Source: Candidatus Zixiibacteriota bacterium
Lineage (GTDB): Bacteria > Zixibacteria > MSB-5A5 > JAUVRN01
Assembly: GCA_036745245.1 (NCBI GenBank)
Contig: DAIOGN010000004.1
Span: 1 to 48,471 of the forward strand
Length of the DNA stretch: 48,471 nt
Direction of reading: 5' to 3'
Made by a program: the position numbers and the translations under genes. The notes under the pieces are model-generated. The model did not search any database. It was not told the DNA's origin and saw nothing but the letters and a program-made list of their open reading frames with translations. The first letter of the stretch is position 1. Each line of letters opens with the position of its first letter. This document shows, piece after piece, positions 9,458 through 19,136 of the stretch.

Positions 9458-10849
9458 ATGGTGGATACAAGCCGCGACCGACCCGCCGGCGAGTTCCGGC
9501 CGGACACAGAAGAGGTCCCCTGGCTCACCCTGGCCGACCTCATCGATGAGGGGTCGGGCGCCGAGGTGCAGGCCTTCATCGATCGCCTTTCGCCCGCCGA
9601 AACAGCTCTGGCCGTGTCACGGCTGGATCCCGCACGTCAGGAGTCGCTGCTCAAAATCCTCTCGGCCGAGGATGTGGCAGAGATGCTGGTGGATCTGCCG
9701 GACGAGCAGGCGGCCGATCTCCTGGGCGACCTGTCTGCCAAGGATGCCGCCGAAATCGTGGACTTTATGGAGTCCAACGAGCAGGCCGACATTCTCGCCA
9801 ACGTAGGCTCCCGCGAGGTGGAAGCCATCCTGCGCGAGATGCCGCACGAGGAAGCGGCACGCACCCGCGAAATCCTGGCCTACGCCAGGGATACGGCGGG
9901 AGCCCTCATGAACACAGAGTTCGTGGTGTTCGAGGAACAGCGCACGGTGGACGCAGTGCTTTCACACCTGCGCGAGAAGGCCGACACGTATTCCGATTAC
10001 GAAGTGCAGTATGCGTATGTCACGCGGTCGGGACTCCTCACCGGCGTGCTGAGACTGCGAGATTTGCTTCTCTCCCGGGGCCAGACACAGATCCGGGACA
10101 TCATGATCAAGGAACCCGTGCGCGTGCTCACCGGTGCAACGCTATCGGATCTGGTGCAACTCTTCGAATCTCACCCCGGGTTCATCGGCGTGCCGGTGGT
10201 CGAACCGCTCGGTCAGCTGGTGGGTGTGGTGCGGCGCAAGACGGTGCAGGAGGCACAGGGGGAACAAGCGAAGAGTCTGTTCCTCAAGTTCAGCGGTATC
10301 GTGGGCGGCGAGGAGTACCGCTCGCTGCCGGTACATCAGCGGGCCCTGCGGCGGCTGGCATTTCTGGCGCCCAACATCGTGCTCAACATGGTCGCGGCCA
10401 GCGTGATCGCGATGTACCAGGAAACGATCCTGGCGGTGGTGGCTCTGGCGGTGTTTCTCCCAATCATCTCCGACATGAGCGGATGTGCAGGCAACCAGGC
10501 GGTGGCCGTGAGCATTCGCGAACTCTCCCTGGGCCTCATCCGCCCTGGCGAGTATCTGCGTGTGTTCTCCAAGGAAGCCTGGGTGGGCCTGGCCAACGGC
10601 GCGGTTCTGGGTGCGCTTCTGGGGCTGGTGGCGGTGCTGTGGTCGGGCGACGCGATTCTGGGAATGGTGGTGGGTTCGGCTCTGGCGTTGAACACGCTTT
10701 TGTCGGTGCTCATCGGCGGGAGCATGCCCCTGTTGCTGAAGCGTCTTGGGGCCGACCCGGCCCTCGCGTCGATGCCTCTGCTCACCACGGTTACCGATAT
10801 GTGCGGATTCTTCTTCGTTCTCAGCTTCGCCAAGGCCGCTCTGACCTGA
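9458..10849 (+). CDS. mgtE: magnesium transporter MgtE
   Basis: 463 aa. Has the MgtE N-domain (acidic helical repeats), a CBS pair region and a C-terminal 5-TM domain (PIISDMSGCAGNQ.., LLTTVTDMCGFF). Confidence 0.9.
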   Translation: MVDTSRDRPAGEFRPDTEEVPWLTLADLIDEGSGAEVQAFIDRLSPAETALAVSRLDPARQESLLKILSAEDVAEMLVDLPDEQAADLLGDLSAKDAAEIVDFMESNEQADILANVGSREVEAILREMPHEEAARTREILAYARDTAGALMNTEFVVFEEQRTVDAVLSHLREKADTYSDYEVQYAYVTRSGLLTGVLRLRDLLLSRGQTQIRDIMIKEPVRVLTGATLSDLVQLFESHPGFIGVPVVEPLGQLVGVVRRKTVQEAQGEQAKSLFLKFSGIVGGEEYRSLPVHQRALRRLAFLAPNIVLNMVAASVIAMYQETILAVVALAVFLPIISDMSGCAGNQAVAVSIRELSLGLIRPGEYLRVFSKEAWVGLANGAVLGALLGLVAVLWSGDAILGMVVGSALALNTLLSVLIGGSMPLLLKRLGADPALASMPLLTTVTDMCGFFFVLSFAKAALT

Positions 10850-10924
10850 TCATTATAGAGGGCCAGGAGCCCTTTTCGACACGGCCCGCCCCGCCGATAA
10901 TGATGTAGAGGGGAGAATCGGCCC

Positions 10925-11629
10925 ATGGAATTCGCCATCGTAATCGCTGTCATCACCGGCATGGCTCTGCTGTTCAAGTTTCTCTTTGGCCTGCACAAGA
11001 AGCAACAGGCGGAGCTGGCGGCCTCACTCACTCAGGCCGGGTTTCAATCGAATCCGCAGATAGACAGCTCGCTGGCTGAGTCGTTGCAGGGGGTGTCGGC
11101 CCGGCGTGCGGGGAAGGCGGAGACGTTCAAGAACCTCTACAGGTACTCAGGGCTCAACTACGACCTGTATCGATACGACGTGCCCGGAAACGAAAGCGAT
11201 ACCACCCACTACGCAATGGACTTCAGGGCCGACCTGTTCCCGGCCTTCGTTACCGTTCCCAACGTCAAGTTGCCTGGATTTCTGGGCGGCATGGTGAACA
11301 AGTTGTTCCAGCTGGCCATCGGCCGCTCGGATCTGAAGGAAGTGGAAGTGCCGGGAAAGCCGCGCTTTCAGGAAAAGTATCGTCTGTACGGCGGCGCGTC
11401 GCACGAGCTCCTGTCGGCCATCCCGGCACACGTGTGGGAGCGGTTTGCCGAACTGCCGGGGCACCTGTGCCTGTCGGGTCAGGGGCGCGTGCTGCAGCTC
11501 ACCGCGATGGTGCCCTTGCATGAGCGCAAGGTGAACCACCCGAAGAAGGACGTCCGAAGCATGGTGGAAGCCGCCGACGCCCTGTGGCGCGTGTTCAGTG
11601 AAGTGCGCCCTCAGCGCGTGGCGGTGTAG
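10925..11629 (+). CDS. hypothetical membrane-anchored protein
   Basis: 234-aa ORF with high GC3 and an N-terminal TM helix (MEFAIVIAVITGMALLFKFLF). No family recognised. Confidence 0.6.
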   Translation: MEFAIVIAVITGMALLFKFLFGLHKKQQAELAASLTQAGFQSNPQIDSSLAESLQGVSARRAGKAETFKNLYRYSGLNYDLYRYDVPGNESDTTHYAMDFRADLFPAFVTVPNVKLPGFLGGMVNKLFQLAIGRSDLKEVEVPGKPRFQEKYRLYGGASHELLSAIPAHVWERFAELPGHLCLSGQGRVLQLTAMVPLHERKVNHPKKDVRSMVEAADALWRVFSEVRPQRVAV

Positions 11630-11750
11630 AGGTAAATGGGTAAATGGGGTCAGAGGCAAATTAAGCCGGAGTACTTCGCACGTGAAGCAGGGGACCAGGG
11701 TCGGCTTAATTTGCCTCTGACCCCATTTACCTATACCCATTTACCTATCT
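11627..11750. repeat. long inverted repeat filling a convergent intergenic gap
   Basis: Perfect 30-nt arms at 11639-11668 and 11702-11731 with a 33-nt spacer. An outer GGTAAATGGG arm is also repeated. Both flanking stop codons (TAG 11627-11629; TAG on the minus strand at 11745-11747) lie inside the repeat. Confidence 0.85.
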
Positions 11751-12215
11751 CCGCGACATCAGATCCTTCAACTGAAACGAGTGCCGGATGGGGTGCATCA
11801 CGGCGTGTTCCAGCATGGAGTCGATGCTGTACGTGGCACCCCAGCGCGACTTGTATTCTTCTTCGGATCGCTTTTCGGTGAGACCCGCAAGCGGCTCTCG
11901 CCAGCGGGCCAGCAGATGTTCCAGATACAACGCGGCTTGCCCCTCGACCTGGTCTTCGTCCGGCGGTTCCTGAATTCCGGGGTCGGGGAAGCCCAGCTGC
12001 TCGCACATCCACGTCATGTAGCCGCGCGAGGCGCGGAAGGCGTGCCGCAATAATTTCTGCGGCGACGCATAGTCGGGATCCTGGGTGGCCGGAAGCGACT
12101 TGCCCGAAGCCCTGAAAGCGCGCCAGGTCGAGAGGAATTCGCGCATGTTCTGTTCGTGCAAGAGCACCATGGCGCGCGCGCCGCGCCACTGGTACGTTTC
12201 AAGTTCGGATGGCAT
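11745..12215 (-). CDS. DinB-family (DinB_2-like) protein
   Basis: ATG at 12215 with AGGAGA upstream. MPSELETYQW..EHAVMHPIRHSFQLKDLM resembles the DinB/YfiT four-helix metal-binding fold. The longer track ORF overlaps the divergent receptor gene. Confidence 0.65.
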   Translation of the reverse strand: MPSELETYQWRGARAMVLLHEQNMREFLSTWRAFRASGKSLPATQDPDYASPQKLLRHAFRASRGYMTWMCEQLGFPDPGIQEPPDEDQVEGQAALYLEHLLARWREPLAGLTEKRSEEEYKSRWGATYSIDSMLEHAVMHPIRHSFQLKDLMSRR

Positions 12216-12423
12216 CTGTGTTCTCCTGATGGACTGAGATAGTCGAAGACCGCTGAGCCTTCCTATGTATGCACGGATGCGCGGTGCGTCAAGTGGGCCT
12301 CCCCACCATCGTCCCGGGACCGGACCCCAACCATTGACGCGGAACCGGCCATCACGCACTATGGGGCAGTTCGTGCAGGCCGGTACACTGGATGGGGAAG
12401 AAGACGCTCGTGACGGGGACTGA

Positions 12424-14763
12424 ATGCGCTGGGTGGTAAAGGCGGGGCGGACTAGCGTGCTCCTCCTGGCGGGGCTATTCTGGCCGGCCACCGCGTCGGC
12501 GCGCCTGGCCACACTCTCCGGTTTCATCTACGACCAATCCACCGGCGAAGCGCTGATCGGGGCGAGTGCATACCTCGACGGAACCACCACGGGTGCCGCA
12601 TCCAACGAGGGTGGCTACTACGTAATTTCCAACATTCCCTCGGGCGACTACACGCTGGTCGCCAAATACGTGGGCTTTGAAACACTGCGCCTGCCCGTGT
12701 CGCTGGTGGAGGGAGAGAATCGCGACGCCGTATTGAGACTGGCTCCTGTCCCCATCGTTCGCGACACGCTCGTGGTGACCGCCGAGGAGGTGCCCATCGC
12801 GGAACAACTCTTCGAACAACCGGTGTCCAGCATCGAACTCTCGGCCGAACAGATCGCGAACGTGCCCCAGGTGGCGGAGCCGGACTTGCTGCGCACCCTG
12901 CAGTCCTTGCCGGGCATTCTGCCCGTTTCGGATTTTTCCTCGGAGCTGTACATCCGCGGCGGTACGCCGGACCAGAACCTCTACCTCATCGACGGCGCCG
13001 ACGTGTACAACCCGGAACACGCGTTCGGACTGTTCTCCACCTTCAACACGGAGGCCATCAAGCAGGTGGAGCTGTCGAAAGGCGGGTTTGGCGCAGAGTA
13101 TGGCGGCCGGCTTTCGTCGATCATCGACATCACCAACCTCGACGGCAATCGTGAACACGTCGCGGGAACCGCCGCCATCAGCCTGCTTTCGGCCCGGGCC
13201 ACGCTTCAGCCGCCCATTTCGAGCCGGGCGTCGCTCTCGGGCTCGATCCGCCGCACCTATCTCGACCAGACGATCGGCCGGGCCGTGGACGACATCCCCG
13301 ATTACTACTTCATCGACGGCAGCCTCAAAGCGCACATCGATCTGGGCGAGCGTAACAAGCTCACGCTTTCGGGCTTCCGGAGTTTCGACGATCTCGATTT
13401 TACGTTCAACACGTCAGCCTCCGATCCCTCGCAGGTGCGCTACGACTGGGGCAACGGCACGGCAAGCGCGCGCTGGACCACGGTGCTCACGCCCCGATTG
13501 TTCGCCAACGTGTGGGTCACCGCCAGTCGGTACGAGTCGAATCTCGATTTCGGCGACGCCCTGGCGTTTCGGGAAGAGAACGACGTCAAGGACCTCACCT
13601 TCAAAGCGCAGGGCACCTACCATGTCTCACAGCAATTCCGCCTCGGCATGGGAGTAGAACACAAGCGCCTCGAGCTCTCCTACCGGCAGGAGTTTCCCAA
13701 CGGCCGCGTGGACATTCTGGGCCGGCCACTGCACACCGCGTTTTTCCTGCACGAAACATGGCTGCCTTCCACGCGCTGGAACATCGAGGCGGGCGTGCGT
13801 CTCGACTACTTCGACTCGGACACCAACTTTGTGCGAATGGCACCCCGGGGATCGGTGAAGGTCCGGCTCACGCCCACGGTGAGCGTGAAAGCAGCCGGCG
13901 GGGTGTACCACCAGTTCCTGCACCGCGTGCCGCGGCCGTTCGTGGCCGACGTGTGGAGCTTCGCCAATCGTTACCAGGGACCCTCCACCGGCTATCACGC
14001 CATCGTGGGAGTGCAGAAGGAACTGGCCGATCATTTTCAGCTCGAGATCGAGCCCTACTACAAGCGCTACCTCGACATCTACACCTTCGTCGACAACAAC
14101 GCCGTGGATTCCGACCCGGGCTACTACGACGAGAACGGGCCGGTGTACAACAGCACCGACGAGATCTTCTACCGCGGCGACGCCTACACCTACGGCGTGG
14201 ATCTCCTGATCCGCCGCGACCTGGGCGCGGTGACCGGCTGGCTGGGCTACGGCTTCGCGACCACGCGTGGTGCCTACGAGAAGATCAACCAGGAGCGCGC
14301 GTTCGCACCCCGGCACGATCGCCACTCCACCTTCAATGTCACCGGCAACGTGGACATCAAGAACTTCCTCCGGGGACTGCGGGGGGAGCGGCCCATCCAG
14401 CACCGTTCGAACTTCGCCCTCGGATTCACGTTTGTGTACATGACGGGCCAGCCGATCACGCAGCCCACCTCGGGGTACTACATCCGCACGTTTCCCGACC
14501 GCGACACCAACGTGCCGTTCGAGTTTTACCCTTCAGACATCAACAACATTCGCCTCCCGCACTACGCGCGGCTGGACCTCAGCCTGACGTGGGAAAAGCA
14601 CTACAACGGCTGGTCGCTGTACCCGTATCTGCAGTTCTTCAACATCGGCAACCGCGGCAACGTCTGGTTCCTCACCTACGATCTGGAGGGTTCCGCGCAG
14701 ACCGTGGAACCCGAATACATGTTTCCCATTCTTCCCACCCTGGGGGTGCGAGTTGAATTCTAA
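12424..14763 (+). CDS. TonB-dependent receptor with N-terminal carboxypeptidase-regulatory-like domain
   Basis: 779 aa. Has a signal peptide, a CarboxypepD_reg-like segment (GFIYDQSTGEALIGASAYL..GGYYVISNIPSGDYTL), a plug region and a beta-barrel ending in a terminal aromatic residue (..LGVRVEF). Confidence 0.9.
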   Translation: MRWVVKAGRTSVLLLAGLFWPATASARLATLSGFIYDQSTGEALIGASAYLDGTTTGAASNEGGYYVISNIPSGDYTLVAKYVGFETLRLPVSLVEGENRDAVLRLAPVPIVRDTLVVTAEEVPIAEQLFEQPVSSIELSAEQIANVPQVAEPDLLRTLQSLPGILPVSDFSSELYIRGGTPDQNLYLIDGADVYNPEHAFGLFSTFNTEAIKQVELSKGGFGAEYGGRLSSIIDITNLDGNREHVAGTAAISLLSARATLQPPISSRASLSGSIRRTYLDQTIGRAVDDIPDYYFIDGSLKAHIDLGERNKLTLSGFRSFDDLDFTFNTSASDPSQVRYDWGNGTASARWTTVLTPRLFANVWVTASRYESNLDFGDALAFREENDVKDLTFKAQGTYHVSQQFRLGMGVEHKRLELSYRQEFPNGRVDILGRPLHTAFFLHETWLPSTRWNIEAGVRLDYFDSDTNFVRMAPRGSVKVRLTPTVSVKAAGGVYHQFLHRVPRPFVADVWSFANRYQGPSTGYHAIVGVQKELADHFQLEIEPYYKRYLDIYTFVDNNAVDSDPGYYDENGPVYNSTDEIFYRGDAYTYGVDLLIRRDLGAVTGWLGYGFATTRGAYEKINQERAFAPRHDRHSTFNVTGNVDIKNFLRGLRGERPIQHRSNFALGFTFVYMTGQPITQPTSGYYIRTFPDRDTNVPFEFYPSDINNIRLPHYARLDLSLTWEKHYNGWSLYPYLQFFNIGNRGNVWFLTYDLEGSAQTVEPEYMFPILPTLGVRVEF

Positions 14764-15658
14764 GTTCGCCCTGGCACGCCGTGCACTCTTCGGCAGTCTC
14801 CTGCTGCTTGTACTGGGCTGCGGCAAGGGGACCGTGGATCTCACCGGCGTGTCGTACGTACCCAAGATCGTCGTGGACGGCACGCTCATGCCGGGCAAGT
14901 TCGTCAACGACATCTGGATTTCGCGCAGTGTGCCACTGGACGCCCCGGTGGACCCGTCGTCGCTCGTGCTGTCGGGTGCCGTCGTCACCATCACCGACGA
15001 CTCGGGAACCGTGTATCCCCTGGCGTACAATGCCGGCACGCAGGCGTTCCAGAACCTGGCGATCACAGTGCGTGCCGGCGGCACCTATCGCATCGACGTG
15101 GAAGCCAATATCGACGGAAGCACTCTCCGCGCGTGGTCCACCACCACGGTGCCCGACTCGGGGTTTACGCTGGACCTCCCCAACTCGCGACTGGACACGC
15201 TTGCGTATCGCCAGCGCGATGCCGAAGGCAACCTGCTGTCCTTTAACGTCGCTTTTGACCGGACGCCCGGCAACGAATTCTACGCTCTATCGGTGACCGC
15301 ACTCAACGCCGACACCAGCACCTTCATCTACGACAACGCCTTCTACGACTTCGACGCCGACGACGTGATCGAGTTCTTCGACGATCTGGCTTACGGATTC
15401 AACTGGATCCAGAACGCGCCGCCCGGGGCGGGGGAGTCGAACATGGAAGTGTTCTGGTTCCACGTGAACTTTTATGGCAGTTATCGGGGCGTAGTGTATG
15501 CCGGGGACAAGAACTTCCGCGACTTCTTCGTGACGCAGGAGAACGTGCAGGAGATCGACGGCAATTTCCACGAGCCCAGCCTGCACGTGGAGGGCGACGG
15601 GATCGGCGTGTTCGGCTCAGCCCTGGCCGATACGGTGCACTTCTACGTGAGTCGCTGA
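14753..15658 (+). CDS. DUF4249-like lipoprotein
   Basis: TTG start overlaps the receptor stop by 11 nt. Lipobox LLLVLGC. Size and position after a CarboxypepD_reg TonB receptor are typical of DUF4249. Family name assigned from memory, not searched. Confidence 0.65.
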   Translation: MNSKFALARRALFGSLLLLVLGCGKGTVDLTGVSYVPKIVVDGTLMPGKFVNDIWISRSVPLDAPVDPSSLVLSGAVVTITDDSGTVYPLAYNAGTQAFQNLAITVRAGGTYRIDVEANIDGSTLRAWSTTTVPDSGFTLDLPNSRLDTLAYRQRDAEGNLLSFNVAFDRTPGNEFYALSVTALNADTSTFIYDNAFYDFDADDVIEFFDDLAYGFNWIQNAPPGAGESNMEVFWFHVNFYGSYRGVVYAGDKNFRDFFVTQENVQEIDGNFHEPSLHVEGDGIGVFGSALADTVHFYVSR

Positions 15659-15789
15659 AGCCGCCATTCAACGGAGCGGCTTCGGGCCGTGTCCCGGCGG
15701 TCTCGGGTGAGGACTCGGCCCTCCCGGCCCGCCAAAGTTGCCCTTGCGGTTTTCCGGCAGGATCGTAGTTTTCAGGCTCCCGCAAGCCC

Positions 15790-18375
15790 ATGTCCAGGTT
15801 CAATAGAGTCCTCCTGCAGGCCCTGGCGGTGGCGTTCGCCATAGGAGAGTCCCTGGCGGCTCCGCCCCCCGGCCGTTCGAATGAACTGCCCTCGAGGCCG
15901 CCTTTCGGCGTGGCGGAAGTTCCCTACGTCCAGCACCGTGTGCACCGGGTGGGAGCCATGGGGCTCAACGTAACAAACTTCGGCTATCTGGGCGGTCGCA
16001 GGGACGACTGCCTGAAGCTCTTCGCTCCGGCCATCGAGTTCCCCCTCAATTCCAATGTGGAGTACAATTTCGCGGGCGGTCTATGGGTGGGCGCCGTGGT
16101 GAGAGGCGACACGCTGGTGTCCATGGCCATCAACGGCAACTCCGGCGGCGGCGGAGAGTTTTTCCCGCGCAAATACCCGGAGGGCGATTTCATCGAACGT
16201 ACCACGCGTCCGGTGCTGCGACAGCCCGCCAATTCATTCTGCCCAGACGTGATGTTCTCGGAAGACGCAATCTCGGAACAGGACCTGGTCTGCATGTATT
16301 CCGACACCCTGGGGGAGGATCTCGGCGTGGGTGGCGAAGAGACCACCCGGCATCGGCCCATCGGTGTGGAGATCATCCAGAAGACCTATTCGTGGTCCAC
16401 CGAGTTCGCCAGCGACTTCGTGCTCTTTGATCTTCTGGTGAAGAACGTGAACAAGGACACGCTGAAGCAGATGTTCTTCGGGATCTTCATGGATCAGGAC
16501 GTGGCCGGACCCACGGGATCGTTCGACGACGACATTTCAGGCTTCACGCACTCGGTGCCAAGTCTGGTGGGCGAAGGCTACCTCGACACCGTGAACCTGG
16601 CGTGGGTGGCCGACAACGACGGAGACCCGCGCGGCTTCTATACGCCACAATCCCCCACGAGCGTGGTGGGGCTGCGCGTTGTGCAGGCGCCGGGCAATCT
16701 TAGTTTCGCCTACAACTGGTGGATTTCGAAACGCAGTAACGAACCCGATTGGGGCCCCAACAAGGTCGACACCAAGGTGGACTTTCCAGAAGGCATTCTG
16801 GGTACGCCCGGAGGCGACATCCAGCATTATCAACTGATGTCGAACCGCGAGTTCGATTACCCGCAGTGGGAAGCGGCCATCGACCACACGGCTGACGGCT
16901 GGATGCCTCCCACGCCAAACCCGGCCATGGCGGCCAATCTCGCGGACGGATTCGACACTCGCTATGCCCTGTCCTTCGGACCCTTTGACGTGCCGCCCGA
17001 CTCCACGGTACCGCTCACCCTGGCCGTGGTAGGCGGGCGCGACTTCCACACCGATCCAAGAAACTTTACCACGTACTGGGATCCGCTCAATCCGGCCGCC
17101 TGGCTCGAACGCCTCAGCCAGGAGAACTTTGCCCAGAACGCGATCTGGGCAGGCTGGGTGTACGACTCCCCCGGCTTCGACACCGACGGTGATGGCTACA
17201 GAGGAAAGTACCGCATCGTGCAGGGCGACACAGCCTACTACACAGGCGACGGGATCCCCGACTTCCAGGGTCCACCGCCGCCCCCTCCGCCGAACGAACT
17301 CAAGCACACCACGCGGGCCGGCATGATCGCCATTCGGTTCAACGGTCATCGTTCCGAGACACGCAAAGATCCGTTCTCGTTTGTGGAAGACTTCGAAGGC
17401 TACCGCGTGTACATGAGCCGCACGTTGCTGCTCCAGGACTTCGCCCTTCTGGCTTCACGCGACAACATCAACTGGGTGCGGAACAAGTTCAACCGCCTGT
17501 CGGGGCGCTGGAAGGCCGACGGACGGCCGCTCTCCATGGATACGCTCAAGTTCCTGTACGACGATCTGTGCGACTCGGTGTACGGGCACTTCTTCCACCC
17601 CGACAGCTTCAAGGTGTGCACCGAGGAAACCGCGATGCGGGAGATCGTGCTCAGCCCCGTGGATCCTTCGAAGCTCGACACCAACCTGTACTGCTTTGAT
17701 CGCTACGAAGCCAACGCGAAGGTCGACGACACCGCCACCGCCTACCTGGCCGATTCGCTGGGGCACGATGTGGTGGGAGTGGTCCGCAAGGTGTATCCTT
17801 ACAGTGCGGCGGGCGACTCTACGCTCACCCTCGCCGACGGCACCGTGCTGGAGTGGCCGTACTACGAGTACGAGTATGCCATCGACGGCTTGCAGCTGGC
17901 CGAGCCCGTGTATCTGGCGGTCACAGCATTCGACTTCGGCAATCCGGCGGCCAATCTCTCTTCTCTTGAGTCATCGCCCCTCGCCAACGCCACCGAGATC
18001 TGGCCCATCAACGCAGCCGAGGTGGTAAAATCCGAACGCCCCAAGCCGGGCGTGTATCCCAATCCGTACCGCATGGCCGACGAATACTACGATAAGAGAT
18101 GGGAGAATCCGCGGGGGCTGGAAGATGACGCGGAGCGGGCGCGAAAGGTCACCTTCACCAACGTACCCGATACCTGCACCATCTCCATCTGGAGTCTCGA
18201 TGGAGACCTGGTGCGGAGCCTCGATCACGCCGAGCACCCGGGGAGTTCGCAGGCCTCCGTGGTGGTGTGGAATCTGATTACACGGAATACGCAGGCGGTG
18301 AAAACGGGGATCTACTTCTACACCATCGAAAGCCGCTTCGGCACCGACATCGGTAAGCTGGTCGTCATTAAGTAG
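15790..18375 (+). CDS. large secreted protein with T9SS-type (Por/FlgD-Ig-like) C-terminal sorting domain
   Basis: 861 aa. Has a signal peptide, a DTDGDG Ca-binding-like motif and a poly-Pro hinge. C-terminus GVYPNPYR...VTFTNVPDTCTISIWSLDGDLV...GIYFYTIES..GKLVVIK resembles T9SS CTDs. No catalytic motif recognised. Confidence 0.8.
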   Translation: MSRFNRVLLQALAVAFAIGESLAAPPPGRSNELPSRPPFGVAEVPYVQHRVHRVGAMGLNVTNFGYLGGRRDDCLKLFAPAIEFPLNSNVEYNFAGGLWVGAVVRGDTLVSMAINGNSGGGGEFFPRKYPEGDFIERTTRPVLRQPANSFCPDVMFSEDAISEQDLVCMYSDTLGEDLGVGGEETTRHRPIGVEIIQKTYSWSTEFASDFVLFDLLVKNVNKDTLKQMFFGIFMDQDVAGPTGSFDDDISGFTHSVPSLVGEGYLDTVNLAWVADNDGDPRGFYTPQSPTSVVGLRVVQAPGNLSFAYNWWISKRSNEPDWGPNKVDTKVDFPEGILGTPGGDIQHYQLMSNREFDYPQWEAAIDHTADGWMPPTPNPAMAANLADGFDTRYALSFGPFDVPPDSTVPLTLAVVGGRDFHTDPRNFTTYWDPLNPAAWLERLSQENFAQNAIWAGWVYDSPGFDTDGDGYRGKYRIVQGDTAYYTGDGIPDFQGPPPPPPPNELKHTTRAGMIAIRFNGHRSETRKDPFSFVEDFEGYRVYMSRTLLLQDFALLASRDNINWVRNKFNRLSGRWKADGRPLSMDTLKFLYDDLCDSVYGHFFHPDSFKVCTEETAMREIVLSPVDPSKLDTNLYCFDRYEANAKVDDTATAYLADSLGHDVVGVVRKVYPYSAAGDSTLTLADGTVLEWPYYEYEYAIDGLQLAEPVYLAVTAFDFGNPAANLSSLESSPLANATEIWPINAAEVVKSERPKPGVYPNPYRMADEYYDKRWENPRGLEDDAERARKVTFTNVPDTCTISIWSLDGDLVRSLDHAEHPGSSQASVVVWNLITRNTQAVKTGIYFYTIESRFGTDIGKLVVIK

Positions 18376-18376
18376 T

Positions 18377-18423
18377 AAGTAGGGTCAGACTCGACTTTTC
18401 AAAAGTCGAGTCTGACCCTACTT
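18377..18423. repeat. 47-nt near-perfect palindrome between convergent genes
   Basis: AAGTAGGGTCAGACTCGACTTTT (18377-18399), then C, then its exact reverse complement (18401-18423). Starts 2 nt after the stop at 18375 and ends 9 nt before the stop at 18433. Confidence 0.85.
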
Positions 18424-18432
18424 TCCAGGGGC

Positions 18433-19032
18433 TTATTCCTTCAGCACCGCTCCGGGCAGGAGGGCGGCCGCTCCACCGCCGAGCTGCCGCATGCACTTCA
18501 TCACTTTTGGCAGCGGCACATCGAGCGGACGCACGCGATCCTCTGACATGAAAAACACGGACCCCGAGCGGGCGTTGGGCGCCCCCGGGATATACACAGC
18601 CAGATGGCCGGCTTCCAGTCGCTCCACCAGAAACCCGAGCTGCCAGGCGTCTTCGATGCGCGCCAGCACGGGTTTGGCGAGCGATTCATCCTCCTCACCG
18701 GCGGCACTGCGCGCCACGCTCTTGAGGAGCAGGTAGCCAGGGACATGGACGAGGATATTGTCTTCCAGCCATTGCGTGGCCTTCCTGGCTTTGTGCCTTC
18801 CGGCCAACAGGCCCGCCAGAAAGCAGACGAGGATCAGGAACACCACACCCGCCAGCCGGATGGCCACGGGGTAGCTCAGGGCTGCCACGGGAAAGTTCTC
18901 CAAAAGCGGCGTCACGATCTTCATGGCGAGCTGGTGGGCCTTGCCCAGGATGGCCAGCCCGATCACGACGGGGACGAGGAACAGTGCGCCGCCCACCAGA
19001 GTGGCTTTCAGGAATCGGATAGCGCTTTTCAT
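18433..19032 (-). CDS. DUF502-family membrane protein
   Basis: 199 aa with AAGGAG RBS. Two N-terminal TM helices, PGY..LK motif and ..IPGAPNARSG..F.. motif, typical of DUF502. Confidence 0.7.
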   Translation of the reverse strand: MKSAIRFLKATLVGGALFLVPVVIGLAILGKAHQLAMKIVTPLLENFPVAALSYPVAIRLAGVVFLILVCFLAGLLAGRHKARKATQWLEDNILVHVPGYLLLKSVARSAAGEEDESLAKPVLARIEDAWQLGFLVERLEAGHLAVYIPGAPNARSGSVFFMSEDRVRPLDVPLPKVMKCMRQLGGGAAALLPGAVLKE

Positions 19033-19136
19033 GTGTGTCTCCTTGGATGACCCGGATTAGTCAAACGCGAAGCTAGTGCGATGCGAGAAGGCGGGCATCA
19101 GGAGTCGACTCCCGCCAGTGGGCGCGGGAACGACTC

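Noticed and set aside
12216-12423. Cobalamin-riboswitch-like fragments (GGAACCGG, GCAGGCCGGTACACTGG) upstream of the TonB receptor. The same question was asked upstream of the corrinoid operon (41330-41516).
   Set aside because: Only fragmentary matches were seen and no B12-box. The fragments overlap a candidate TTGACG-N17-CACTAT promoter, which leaves about 55 nt of leader. The mttB leader is likewise too short.
15657-15683. GAAGCCGC / GCGGCTTC hairpin right after the DUF4249 stop codon, as a possible terminator
   Set aside because: No U-tract follows, so it is not called as an intrinsic terminator. It is mentioned only as a possible processing or stability element.
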